A DNA stretch of 64,000 bases from Catajapyx aquilonaris. Its lineage: Eukaryota. A program made the position numbers and the translations under genes. Shown here piece by piece: positions 1 through 17,700 of this stretch. The stretch's first letter is position 1. The number at the start of each line of letters is the position of its first letter. The stretch spans positions 1 through 64,000 of the forward strand of contig JYFJ02000695.1 in assembly GCA_000934665.2 (NCBI GenBank), given 5' to 3'. The notes under the pieces are model-generated. The model ran no database searches and was not told the origin of the DNA. It saw only the letters and a list, made by a program, of their open reading frames with translations.

Positions 1-2138
1 GATACCCCTGGGGCATATGTGGAGGCCTCCGTATGGATCTGTTTAGGTCACAAAAGAAAGACAGACAGATATAGGTCTTGAAATATGTATTAGAAGATGA
101 CATGGAAATATGTATGTGAACTTGATGCTTAACTCTTCTCAGATATTGCATGGATCTTCATATTTTGGTCAATGATGAGTCTGAACCTTTCATTGAAACA
201 TCCACATCTGCAAGCAAGGAAGGGTGACTGGAAGGGGAGGTGCAAGTGAAATGCCTCAGAAGTCATTTAGTGTGTTCCGTAGGTCATTAGCCCAATGGAA
301 TTCCCACTGCAACAAATCTGAAGAAGTGTTTTTTGGCATACCCTCCCTCCATCTATGGTCATAGAGTCACTCTGCCTCCCCCACAGTAACAATTAATGAT
401 GAGAATAATGGGAGTGCAGTGATCCTTAACCTCTTGAGATATACAGACCTTTAGAAGAGGTGCATGGTGTAAAGATATGGGGGGNTTGGGGGGGGGGGGG
501 GGGAAGCTGGGGTGGGAGATGCAGTAACGAGTACATAGAGTGAAGGTTTATGGCCCATTTGCTTGTTCCACTGGTAGGTGAATCAGTGGAAATCCCAACT
601 GAGAAAGCTGGAAATCACATAACTGGATACAAGATGAATGGGAAAAGCCTATAGCCTATAGCCTGTAGCCTGTAGGGATCCAATGAGGTGCCCTTCCATC
701 CATGGGCACATTTTTCTGCAGCACTGCAGCCTTCCTCATTTTCATTTTTATTCCACTAGGTGAAGATTTAAGCCACTTTCACTATGTTGTAATCACCAAG
801 CAAGTATACTACATGCATTCCAACAGCTCTTACTATCAGTCAATGGCCAATGATGATAATGTGCAGCTAATCCATTTGAACCATGTAAAACAAAACCGAG
901 CCAACTCCAACGAGGGAAAAAAAATAATCAGCTTGTGCACTTCTTGCACTGACCCCGCGGAAAGCATAGAAGGGACCATCACATATGCATGGAATGTTCA
1001 GGGCAGTTGAATTTTCAGGGCGGAGTCCTTTTTTCCCCTCACTGAAGTTAGCTTGGTTTTGTTTTCCATGGTTCATTTATTGTTGTGGATTTTGGATGCC
1101 TCACCATATCTATAGTCAAAGGTTCTGCAGCATTCTTTACTGCGACCATTTGTGTGTTGGACAAAAATGATGAACCTGTATATTTGTAAAATATCTTGAA
1201 GGATCAGGGGCCATAGTCCACCATGAGGACCCTGACATACAGCCCACTGGTGGCAGCATCGAGTGGACCAAAAGAGTCACTACACTGCTTGTGAGGAATG
1301 CAAGTTAGAATGGTGGCATTGCTTTAGTACTGTACTGTACATCCTGAGGATGTGGTGGTCTCCTTGCTCATTGCAGCAGGTAACCTACCTTCAGTGATTG
1401 TTTTAGGAAGCAGCAGACTGTGGGCATGGGAAAGAAAAGATGATGGCTCTGGTACTTGAGCATGACATCCTTAACACTGTTTGCAGGCCTCGTTGTCCAT
1501 TAGAGTGAAAGCATCTCAGCCTGCAGTTTATTCTCACTTTGTGCTGGCATGTGAGTATCCTACTCGAGAACTTTTTTTTTTTTTTTTGGCTGTATTTTCA
1601 CAATTTGCATAACCCAACCGCAAATTTCGGTTAATAACTGCAAACTGCTACAAACCCACATTTGCAGATGACCATAATGTTGCAATTAGGAACTTGTTTC
1701 ATACCCTCATTGCTGGGTCAAAGGCTGGTCTGATGAAATAGGGTGATATATTTTCTTTGGTTCTGAGACATATGCATGGGAGTGTAGCCTGTAGGGTACA
1801 TTTGTATGTCTTGTTGTGTCCTCATAAGATCAACGTCCGTCTGTGTACATCATTTCCCATCACAACCTTGATTTATGTGACCTTCCTTGTACGGTACCGT
1901 AAGCCAACAATCCCCTCCCATTCCCATGCATGATTAGGTGATGGGCAACGCCATCGCCGTCTGGCGGCCGGTGTCCAGGAGGCGAGCTTCGGGCCACCCC
2001 CCGCCAGAGAGCATGGTCGTCGGTGGTGGGGGAACGGGCTTCGTCTGCTGTGGCAGTGTGGGCATATCGTCCAGTAGTTGCTCGTCCCTGTTTGCTGCTG
2101 GCGGCGACTCCTCTACTGGTAATAGGGTCTGTGCGAGG

Positions 2139-7411
<5,273 letters not shown>

Positions 7412-8570
7412 AAAGTGGACATGCAATGGACTAGTTCTAAGTGTATAGAAAGTTAATTGTTTCCCAAATAAAACATGTAGAACTGCAAACATGTGGTGTC
7501 AGCCATGAAGCTTTTTGAGCCTGACAGAAAGCTTGGCAAAAAGCAGTTTAATAATCTGATGCAAAAATTTATACAACATTAGCATCCAAATATCACTCCA
7601 CTTATCACATGATAAAACCGAGAATAAAACTACAGACTTGTTCAAATGAGGACCAAAAGTAATGATCAGATGAACCCTTGCCCCTTTCAAGAGAGAGAGA
7701 GAGGGAAATATTAATGTTATTCAGCATAAAACTTGGAATGGAGATGCATTCTGGATTGGTATAAGCAGTCTTGAAGAATTGTCAGCTCTTCTGGTGTTCT
7801 TGTATGTTGTACTGTATTACCCTGCAGTATGCCACTAATATTGCGGGTGACAAGATTTTAGAAAATGCACATCTAGTGATTATACCAGCATCATGTAGGG
7901 TATGTTGTATACCTCTACCATGAAATTTTGTTATTGTACTCGCAGAAAAAAAAAGCGTGAAGTAGAAACTTTTATTTTGGACAGAGAATGAAAATAATAC
8001 TTGGTAGATCCTGGCCTCCTTTCCCCACAGTGTCAACCAATCACAAAATTAATGTCCTGGAATGCCCCTGTAAATCACCTGCCAACCCAAACAAGAAAAG
8101 GCACCCTCTCTTCTCCATTCTCAACAGTCTCAGGATGATAGCAAGACTGCTACATTGGCATTTCAGTTTCACCCCTTTTGCCTGCCCTCCAAACTAAACA
8201 ATGTGCAGCTCTAGCTACAGCCAACTAGCTCTCTACACCAGTAGGGAAGATCGTTCGAGTTGCAAAGTATACATTGTACACACCTGTCTTTGTTGTGCGA
8301 GGAAGAGCTCCGAATTACTCAGCAATCAATCATAGTGTTGGGTAGCACACCACTTATTAATCGATTTGTTATTATTTGGGAGGAGAGGACGAAATCATGA
8401 CAACTACCCCACTTTACACTGACCAACCGGCTTCCAGGGGGTATACCAACATGCTGGAGAACACTGGGCCATACAGTATTGAAAAAAATCCTTTGCTAGT
8501 AACAAGTTTTAAATTGAATCCAGCATTGAGCTCCACAAATGCATCACTTTTCAGGTTCACAAGTCATTCA

Positions 8571-11500
8571 TCACAACTTTGGCACTCCTGTAGCCACAAA
8601 CCAGAAGAGAAGCCAATTAGGCAGCAACACGCCACAGGCGACATCAAAGGCCCAGTTCCCATAAACATAGCCATCTGTGATGGCATACATTACAGCTCGC
8701 TTATTAGCGGATATGGCTTTCCAGAATATCTCCTGAGGATCCAGCTCTGGGTAATAGTAGACAGTGCTGATAATAACAGCCACATAAACCATTACCAAAG
8801 GGTGGATCAGCATAAGAAGGCAGCGCTGGAAGTGCCTCTGGAGCCTGGCAAACAATGACAAGAAGTACATATCAGCAACATTTACTCACTAACTTCATTT
8901 GAATGCTGGTGTAGTAAATTCACCAATCCCTTGCACAAGGACATCAAGTAGCTTCAGATTGGTAGGCAATACTCACCCATTGGTAGTGCTGGTGAGGAAG
9001 GTTACAATGGGCACGTAAGCAGTGGTGACTACAAGTGCCATTGATATGTTGTACATGGACACAGAGAAGAGCAATGTTGCCAGTTCCAAAAGAGCAAGGC
9101 ACTTCAGTACTTTCCAGTTCTTTGATGATGGATTAATGTGCCTGCAAATGAAAATTGTCTTCAGCAACCTGTCTAGACTCTAGATCTTTCATTGGTGAAA
9201 AATAATTACAAATCTAGATAATTAATACTACTAAAAGTCAATAAAAGCTTCGACAACTAATGTAAAATACCATATACTGTACATGTGTGTGATCCCATTC
9301 TCTGATACACTATTCACCATAGACATGTTTTTTGCAGTCCTGAAATATGCCTAGGCGTTTTCTCAATCAAGTTGTTTCAGGCATGTTACAAACCCACATT
9401 TTTCTCAATATTGTTTTGCCAAAATACTGTATCAACATAGGTTAAGCCACACATCTATAACACAGGCAGAAATGCAATTTTTCCTCGATCATTTTTCTTT
9501 CATCATCCAGAATGGGACAGTAACCACAGTTACTTAAATCCAAAAAACATTATTCTACAATGCATTAATGCCTAATGCAGCAGTATTGTTTCAGCTGGAC
9601 AAGGCATATGGAATGGCACATGCATCAACATGGCATGAAGTGATATTTTATTTTCAAATACGTAGTGTCAAGCTCATCACCATTGTCTTTCCCAAATTCA
9701 GCTACTTCTGTGGATTACATTTCAAAATGGCCACCCATAGTAGTGGTAATTGCTGCTACTACTCTTAACATCTAAAAATTAAATATGCTGTAATTATGTC
9801 AGCACACATTCCTTGGATTAAGAACTGCTGTAATACTCACTTTCTGGCACAAACTGGCAGTGCAGCTGCCACAATGCAAGCAGCTACAAACCCCCAGTAA
9901 ATGGCATCTTCTGGGTCAATTCCAAAATGCACACCAACTTTGCTCAGAAACTCTGGGCACACACGAACTAAAGCACCAATTACATGGGTGATGAGAATTG
10001 TGGGTGCAAATGCCAAGAGACCATGCTCTATCTTTTCTTTGTTGGCACCATCAGAAGCATCCTCATCCCTGGAACTCTCTTCCTCCTCCTGTGATATCCG
10101 AAACCAGAGTGCTAGGGCCATGATGAGCAAAGGTCCAGTGATCATCCCATATGGAGGCATGTAGACACCAATGGAGACATATCGGTTCGTAGCAGGGAGA
10201 AGGTAGAAGAAGAACGACTGATGGAAGCGCTCAAGGAGGTTGTTCAGACTGCGGAAAGTCCCCTCCAAGACTCGCCCAACCTGGTGAAATCCTGAGGCAC
10301 TCTTCTTGCTCCAACCAGGTTTCTCTAGGCTCTCTATAGTCAAAGCTTCAATTCCAAACCTAATAAAAAGTGCAAACAGGTTGGAAATAGGGGTTCCATC
10401 AGGTATACCATCCTCTCACAATCCTTGAAGGTAACAACATTGACTTGTCACTTGAAGAATATCACTAATCATATACCTGTGAAATAGCCCATGGTTTCCA
10501 TTGGGAATTCCTGTGCTCTGAGTCAAAACCATGGACAATAGTGTCGTGAAAGATACTTTCCACCCATCAAAACTCTCCATGTCTGCCACGTCCTCCTGCA
10601 ATAACATTTTGCAGTGACTGAAGACCAGCCAGTACTATGTGAGGCCAGTTCCACTTACAGTTGCTTTAAATGTGTGCCTGACACCTTCCCTGAGGCAAAG
10701 CCGATGGATTAGGTTGGAAAGGTCAAGATTTGGCAGCTGTCCATTGAGACCCTCCAGTTTCACATCCAGATGGGAAACCCTGTGGGAATGGAGCTCCAGA
10801 TTTATGGCAGCCTGGATGGCACCTCCTCTCCCTTCCAGCTGGCCATGGTCCAGGACGTTGCTGCCACCTCCACAAGACTCCTGATGGTACGCTTCTATCC
10901 ATGCCTGCATGCCCAGTTGCTCATGCTCAGTCACCACAAATATTATGTCCTTTGCCCAGTAGATCTGACCTGGAATGCAAATTTTGCTAGTTATCATCAT
11001 CATCCAACTAAACATTAAATACAGCAGGCAATCTTCTATGCACGATTCCAAAATGGAATGTTACTTTATTATGAAACAGTCAATGGCATCAATGCTGAAC
11101 ATTATTACTGCTTGGAGATTACGACTACTTACGTCTGAAGAACTTGGCAAGTGCCAGCATAAGTGCCACTGATGGTGCTGTGCCTGGATGCACACTACTT
11201 GGTGCACGATAAGGCGTAGATAAAATCAACGCCTCCGTACTAGAACTCCTAGGAGCACGAAGGATGGCATAAACATTCTTGCCATGGAATTTCTGATGGG
11301 GGAAAAAAATCAAGTTTAATTCTACCTGATTGTTTTCTGACCAACAGTGCACCTTACAGATCCAGCTCCAAATGGGTAATGAAGGGTAAAGTTGTGTGTG
11401 TAAGTGTCAAGTCCGAGCTGCTTAAAAGCAGCAGTGAGCCAGGGATATGGCACCCCATTCTCATAGCGAGCAGCCTCTTGATTCAGGTCATCCAGGTAGC

Positions 11501-12039
11501 GCTGTGCTGTCTCATGCTCATTAAAGTCTCCTTTCACAAGTCCAGGAAGGAGAGCATTCTCAGAGAAGTATGTGCCTGTAAAATTCAAAACGCCACAGTG
11601 AGATTGTGTGAGCCTACCTGTCAGAGTAAAAATTACGGATCCTGTTGTACTAACAAGAGAACCTCTCGAAGTGCTACAGGAACTTAATGTTGAATAATTT
11701 TTTTCGGGTTCCCTACCTGCTAGAAAGAAACTGCCCTTCTGGAGAAATCCTCAATCTGACAGTGTTTTTGAGATATGGGGGTGACACGGTGGGGGAGTGG
11801 TTAGCGCCGCAGCCTTCCACCTCTAAGGTCCCGAGTTCGACCCCCGGGTCGGACGGAGGATCCTTATGTGGATAGAGTTTCGATGGGTTCTCTCCGTGTT
11901 TGCGTGGGTTTTCTCGGGGTTCTCCCGTTTCCTCCCACTATCAAAATCCATCACATTACAGGCAAATGATTAAAGTCGGTTATTCAAAAGATGATCCCCT
12001 AAGAGGCCCAAGGGGCCTATCACGGGGTATCCATTATTA

Positions 12040-12097
<58 letters not shown>

Positions 12098-13686
12098 ATT
12101 AATAAAGTGTTTTTGAGATACGGGGGTCAAAATGTCAAAAATTGGACACTTTATGAAAGGTCCTGAGGAAGCTATCATTAAGTGCTGTCGACGAGATTTT
12201 TGGTACTGAGCAGTCTCTTGAGATGGGGAATATTAATTAATTTATTATTATTATTATTTAAAAAAAATTTAACCACGTGATACAATTGTAAGTAGTTGTT
12301 ATAGGGGGTGGCATATCACCATCAGTTTTCTAGTATATTTATCCTTTTTCTTCCTTCTCTGTGCAGGAAAGTAAGGAAATGGGGTGAGGATAGGGATTTT
12401 CGGGGAGGGGACACAGGTGCAAGTGCATTGTCGGAATTGGGTCATGTGGAGTACCCCAGAAGGCTAGGTTGCCAAGACGCCTTCTTAGGCGCGGGCCAGA
12501 GACCCACTGACGCAGGTGGAAGAGAACTCCCGGGTGGGGATCGAACCCGGGACCTTCCGCACAGCAAGCCGAGACGTTACCATCTCGGCCACCATGGGGA
12601 TGGGGAATATAATGGCTGAGCCGGAAATTGTGAATTGTGCAAGTTGACGGTACTTCTCAGGGGGCGAGATGGGGGGGAGGGTGGCAAATTTTTTAATTTC
12701 AAAAAATGGATTTTCAACGGGTGGTAGGGTGTGCGTACAGAAGAAGCATGGCATGGGTCCAAAGGGCCAGTGACAATCCGTTTTGCAGATGTCAACCTTT
12801 GACATCGACGATGTCCATCCTTGCAAATGTGGCTACCTCCATTGACCTCCATACATGCCTGCATTGCCTGTGGCCAGAGCCAGAGGCTCTCACCCACAAC
12901 AGTAACTCAACTGCCTGGCTCCGGCCACAAGCAATGCAGGCATGCATGGAGGTATCCACATTTGCAAGGATGGACATCGTCGATGTCAAAGGTTGACATC
13001 TCCAAAATGGATCGTCATTGGCCCTTTGGACCCATGCCATGCTTCTTCCATATGCACACCCTACCACCCATTGAAAATCCTGTTTTTAAATTAAACATCT
13101 TTGCTGCCCTCCCCGCCATCTCGCCCCCCGAGACGTACCCTCAACTTGCACATGACAATTCACAATTTCCGGCTCAGCTGTTATATTCCCTATCTCAAGA
13201 AACTGCTACCAAAAATCTCGTCGATAGCACTAATGATAGCGACCTCAGGGCCTTTCATAAAGTATCCCATTTTTGACCTTTTGAACCCCATATCTCAAAA
13301 ACGCTTGAGATCGAGGATTTCTATGTTAGGGTACTTCTTTTCTAGCAGGTAAGGAACCCGAAAAAAAATCATTTAAGCATTAAGTTCGCGTAGCACTTCG
13401 AGACTTCCATTTTGGTCAAGAAAGTACGGGCTGTGGCAGGAGGTATTGATTCATTTACTCAAGTAAATTTTTCTTCGAGATTTGGCAGTAGAGACAGTAT
13501 ATTCCAATCCGAAGTATACACACGAGGATACCCTTAATAGTTACCTGAATTGTATGGCTTGTAAGCCAGCAGAGAGAAGTAGGCAAGCCCAGCCAGATAG
13601 AGAAGAACGCAGAGTAAGGTGTGGTACTTGAGCAGCAGCTGAGGGAACTTGCCCTGCCCCGTGCTCGGGTCGGTCAGCAGACCCAT
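8571..13686 (-). CDS. GPAA1: GPI-anchor transamidase subunit GPAA1 (Gaa1), 8 coding exons
   Basis: Exons (minus): 13686-13545 (MGLLTDPSTGQGKFPQLLLKYHTLLCVLLYLAG...), 11575-11358 (TYFSENALLPGLV), 11292-11133 (GKNVYAILRAPR), 10969-10659 (YWAKDIIF, EGLNGQLPNLDL), 10595-10477, 10359-9841 (RSLNNLLERFHQSFFFYLL), 9141-8977, 8844-8571 (hydrophobic C-terminus, PNWLLFW). Phases match at GT-AG junctions. Confidence 0.94.
11776..12105 (+). mobile_element. tRNA-derived SINE with V-domain-like core and (ATT)n tail
   Basis: Pol III A-box-like GGAGTGGTTAGC and B-box GAGTTCGACCC; central GTTCTCTCCGTGTTTGCGTGGGTTTTCTCGGGGTTCTCCCGTTTCCTCCCAC; long (ATT)n tail; 15-bp TSD AGTGTTTTTGAGATA at 11761-11775 and 12106-12120. 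Confidence 0.88.
12234..12598 (-). mobile_element. Second, unrelated tRNA-derived SINE (antisense orientation)
   Basis: Minus-strand head ATGGTGGCCGAGATGGTAACG...GGGTTCGATCCCC (A and B boxes); (AAT)n tail; 12-bp TSD GATGGGGAATAT at 12222-12233 and 12599-12610. Confidence 0.85.
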
Positions 13687-14293
13687 AACGAACGCTGCGT
13701 GTCACACGCAGTTCCTGGCCGCAGACACGAGCCTGGACTCCCAAATCCCAAGCGGAGGAGGCCAACTGATTCAAACACCGGTGGCTGCCATCTTGCCGGA
13801 CCGACCGTGGCGACATCCACTTGACAGTGGCAATGCATACAGCTTCATCGCCAATATCCACCAACAGATGGTGTACCACTGCAACAGAGAAACATTCCGT
13901 AGAGCTGGCAGAGGGAAGCGCGATCGTGGAAGGAGGGAGCGGGAGGGAGAAGGACCAGTAGTAGCCTCCCTGCCCTGCCTGCGATGGCGGACGGTTGGTG
14001 GTGACGCGGAGTTGGTGCGTGGACCTCTCTGCCTCTGGGTGTGCCTCCTCTCTCCTCACCCAATCCCTCCAGCCACATCTTCCCGTGTGCGCGAGACAAG
14101 TGTGCCTTCTTCTCAGTGAATCCGTCCCCTGCATTTCGTTGTGCGGAGTGTTGTGCCTTGGCGCCCGTCTGTCCGTCCGTCCGACTGACCGCCCGGATTA
14201 TGGTCCACCCTCCGTCGTCCATCCTGGCCCGCCGCATTCCTCCCCATTGCTTGCTCTGGTGGTGATCGTATCCACGGTGTAGATGCATCCGAT
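13687..14293. promoter_or_regulatory. Divergent (bidirectional) promoter and 5' UTRs of GPAA1 and par-6
   Basis: The two start codons face outward 607 bp apart; the interval is GC/CpG-rich relative to the introns. TSSs not located. Confidence 0.65.
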
Positions 14294-14746
14294 ATGTCGA
14301 AGATCTCCAAGAGCCAGCACAGAGTCCAGGGTCATTTAGTCGAGGTCAAAACTAAGGTACGGCCTGGCTCTCCTTTTATAGTCACACAGACACGCAACCA
14401 CGTACTACCTGCGCATAACTCACCTAAAATTAAACAAAATAATGTAACAGAATGTACCAAATTTGGGGTGACTTTGACAGGGTATCAAATGGGGCTACCT
14501 TGTTGACTTCCTCAGGTTGGCTCAGGGTACTTGCAACATGAGGCAGCTTTGCTATTGACTGGGGAAAATTGAGGTTATATCTGCTTGAGTAAAGCCTAAA
14601 GCTAGAGTAAAGCAACTGGACAGATGCAGACTCGGTACACACAGCAGGGTGACACCTCCTGTCAGATTCAAAATCAAATCATGTTAGCAACTTCAGCCAG
14701 CAAATTTTATGGCCATCACTCACCAATGTGTTTATATATTATTATG

Positions 14747-14793
<47 letters not shown>

Positions 14794-17700
14794 GTAGCTG
14801 CTGCAGCAGCAAATTAGGGAAGGTATGGCAGATGCTGATGTATTTTAAAATTTCACTGTTATTGTGAAGAAAATAATATTGAGGGGGGTTGTTTTTTGGC
14901 ACCAAAATAACTGTCAAAAAGTAGCACGGTTTAGTTTTCCCTTTACTGCAACAAGGATGCCACACACCAGAGAATCAAACACGCAATTACCACACATGCT
15001 GATATAATATTCAAGGTATTCTAAGGAAATTGATAATATGGAGTGCAATTGAGTGCTTTAAAACATGCACAACTGTTGACTCTTCTTTAGTATGTGCACT
15101 GTACCTGTAAAAATGTGCATTGGCTTGGAATGATCATTTGGATACAGCGTATGTAATTATAACCATCCACAACCAATTAATTGGAACTTAATGTTATTAG
15201 CAGGAAGAGAAGTTGATTGAATAGTCTTTTGTAAGAACAGTGGTGGAAGGGAAAAAGCAGAGGTTAGATTCATTTGTTTGTAGTACATAATGTAACCTAG
15301 CCTAGTAAGATAGTAAAAGAAAATTGTACCACTCTTTACTCTGACTGGTTAGTAGTACGAGTATGTTGAGGTTTGTGATGGCACAGAGTTGGAATATAAG
15401 ATTAGTTTCTCATATTACTCAAAAGAATTGTAAGGGTTTCTTTTCTATCACATTCTAGAGATTGACAACAACCCAACAACAACCATGATGGAAGTTTCCA
15501 GGTTGATTATGTATTATGTACAACAGTCCAAGGGCTTGAGTGAGAATACCAGCACATAGTCCTGTCAACTGATTTTTTTTTTTAATCGTAGCTTTAAAAA
15601 ATTGACCTTGCCGGTTTTAAAATCACATAATAGTTGCAATATTGTGAAATTTGTGTGCAAGTAATCATGTGGTGCCTGGTAATCCTGTACCATTATGAAT
15701 GGTGTCTTAATTTTGCCTGATTAATTCAATCCTTGCGAATTGATGAAAAGATTCAGAGAGGTATTAAGGTGTGAATTCAGGACACAATGACCCAGACTTT
15801 GACGAGACAAAATTGCATTTGAATAGGAGGCCAGAGAAAGTGCTGCACAAGGTTAATGATCCTTTTTTCCCAAGCTGCAAACCCACGAATCTATCTTAAT
15901 CTTACTTGAATCACATTGCCATGATGACTTTATCGTGACTTTGTTGGGGCACGTGAGATATCTACATTACATATCACTTTGCTACTAGCAGCTAACAGGT
16001 GCACAAGGTCACCTTCTTAACCACTGTATTGCATGTGTATCAAAGTTTTGCTGCTCTAGAGGAAGGCACTGTTATTGACTGCTGGTTAGGCCATTGCTAA
16101 TTACGCAGCACATCTCGGTGTGCTGATGATGGGGAATTGAATATGCAGTGGAACTTGTCTATTCATATCCTGTCAGGTTCAGGATCTATGAGTGTGTGGC
16201 AGACCAACAGGATAAGAGTAGGATGCCGTAGTTGTTGTTATATACATCAGTTGTACTTATTTTTATTGCAGTGATGTCTGGCACAGTGTCAGTTTCAAAA
16301 TTGGTCCTTGTAGATCACTTCTTAATTATCACATCACTAGATCTTTTTTGATAAGCAGTAAGAAGATGGTCTGTAGTAACATATCTGTATGTCTTGCAAC
16401 ACTTAACTTGCACAGTGAAACTCAACTCCAGAAGAGCCTTTCTGTTTCATAAAAAAATTTATATGAGCAGGTTTCTGTTGTACTCTTCAGAAATGCACTG
16501 AAAATCCTATGCACAGACCAAACAAGTGCACCATGTTGGGCAAGTTTCTGCTGCATGTATGGTCCATTTATGCACAAATTTCACTGTACTGTATTTTGCT
16601 TTGAATGGAGGCCAAAAACAGTGCCCAGGGTGTGGCATCCATTGATCAGGTAGTATTTCTGAATGCTGATGCCAGTTGATTAGGGAATATGAAATAGGAT
16701 ACCTGATTGCATAAACACCATGAAATTCCCTTGTAAACAGGGTTTCAATGATGGAAGGGAGAAGCTGTTATGAGTTACAAATGAAATGTAAATACCATGT
16801 ATGGTTATTGAAGAAATATAAATTAATTACTTGCAATTCTCCTATGTCCAACTGTGAGAACACTCACTTGGTGAAGTCATTAGTGTCAGTTATTAATTTA
16901 TTACATTTAATTTTTAAAACTATACTGCTGTGGTCCACAGCCAAGTGCACAGGAACAGCTGCAGTTGATCTGCAATGTTATAAATTATCATGAAGGAAGT
17001 CAGGACAAACTTATTTATTGACATCAGATACAATCATAAATTATGTTATTGGCAAGGCCAGAAGTCTCCTTTCGTCCTTGCGAATCTTCAGCAAGTTCTG
17101 TTTCTCATTCCACATGGATCAGCCTACAATCATGTAAAAGCACCTAAGGTGTATATGCCAATCTGACTAGTCCACGACGCCAAAACGGGGGAAGTATTTG
17201 AAGCTATATTTAAACAGTAATATAGTCAAGCAAGCGAACACTGACAAAAGCTGCTATTTTTTTTTTGCAAAGCAATGGAAAAGCACATAGTTACATATAA
17301 TTACAGTCATTAGGAAAATTATGCACGATTACTTTTCATCTAGCATTGTTGTTTGTCACAACTTAGCATTAAATTTCTCATCCACTGTGGTGTGTGGCTC
17401 ACATTAATCTCTTCCATGCAGTAGCACTTATAACAGTAATATTTCTAGCTTATTTTGGAGTCAAAATGACTGGCATGAAATCATTGTGCCAATAAGAACC
17501 CTGCAGCCGGCAGTAGTCCTGTCATTTCTGTCGAATAAAGTATCTTGAGATCAGAAAATGCACGACAGGGCGCATGTTCAAGGTTGAAACTGCTTTGCAT
17601 GTTTGTGAATATAGTTATTTAAGAATTCTTCAAATCACCCCAAGAATGGTCGTGTCTTATCTGAGACTTTTAAATAACAGCTTGCTGCAGAAAGTTGCTA

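Larger units (their letters stand above)
11664..13403. mobile_element. Large foldback/palindromic non-autonomous DNA element in GPAA1 intron 1, left arm interrupted by two SINEs
   Basis: Right arm 12915-13403 (~490 bp) is the diverged reverse complement of 11664-11775 + 12121-12233 + 12611-12883; 31-bp central spacer 12884-12914. No clear TSD, so the family is unassigned. Confidence 0.8.

Noticed and set aside
478..503. Poly-G run with an N (also N at ~45478 and ~57596 in C runs)
   Set aside because: Homopolymer sequencing uncertainty, not a feature.
11776..12598. Two tRNA-like sequences with A/B boxes
   Set aside because: They are SINE heads followed by bodies, simple-repeat tails and TSDs, not tRNA genes.
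12485..13352. Mirror-image ORFs on both strands
   Set aside because: By-product of the palindromic element; no transposase motifs.
13541..14310. Several 65-197 aa ORFs in the GPAA1/par-6 interval
   Set aside because: Alternative frames over GC-rich promoter/UTR DNA; the true GPAA1 exon 1 is a different frame (13686-13545).
17011..17125. Possible antisense terminal exon in par-6 intron 1 (acceptor, 24-codon ORF, AATAAA on minus strand)
   Set aside because: Signals are short and expected by chance in AT-rich intron; no upstream exon could be linked.
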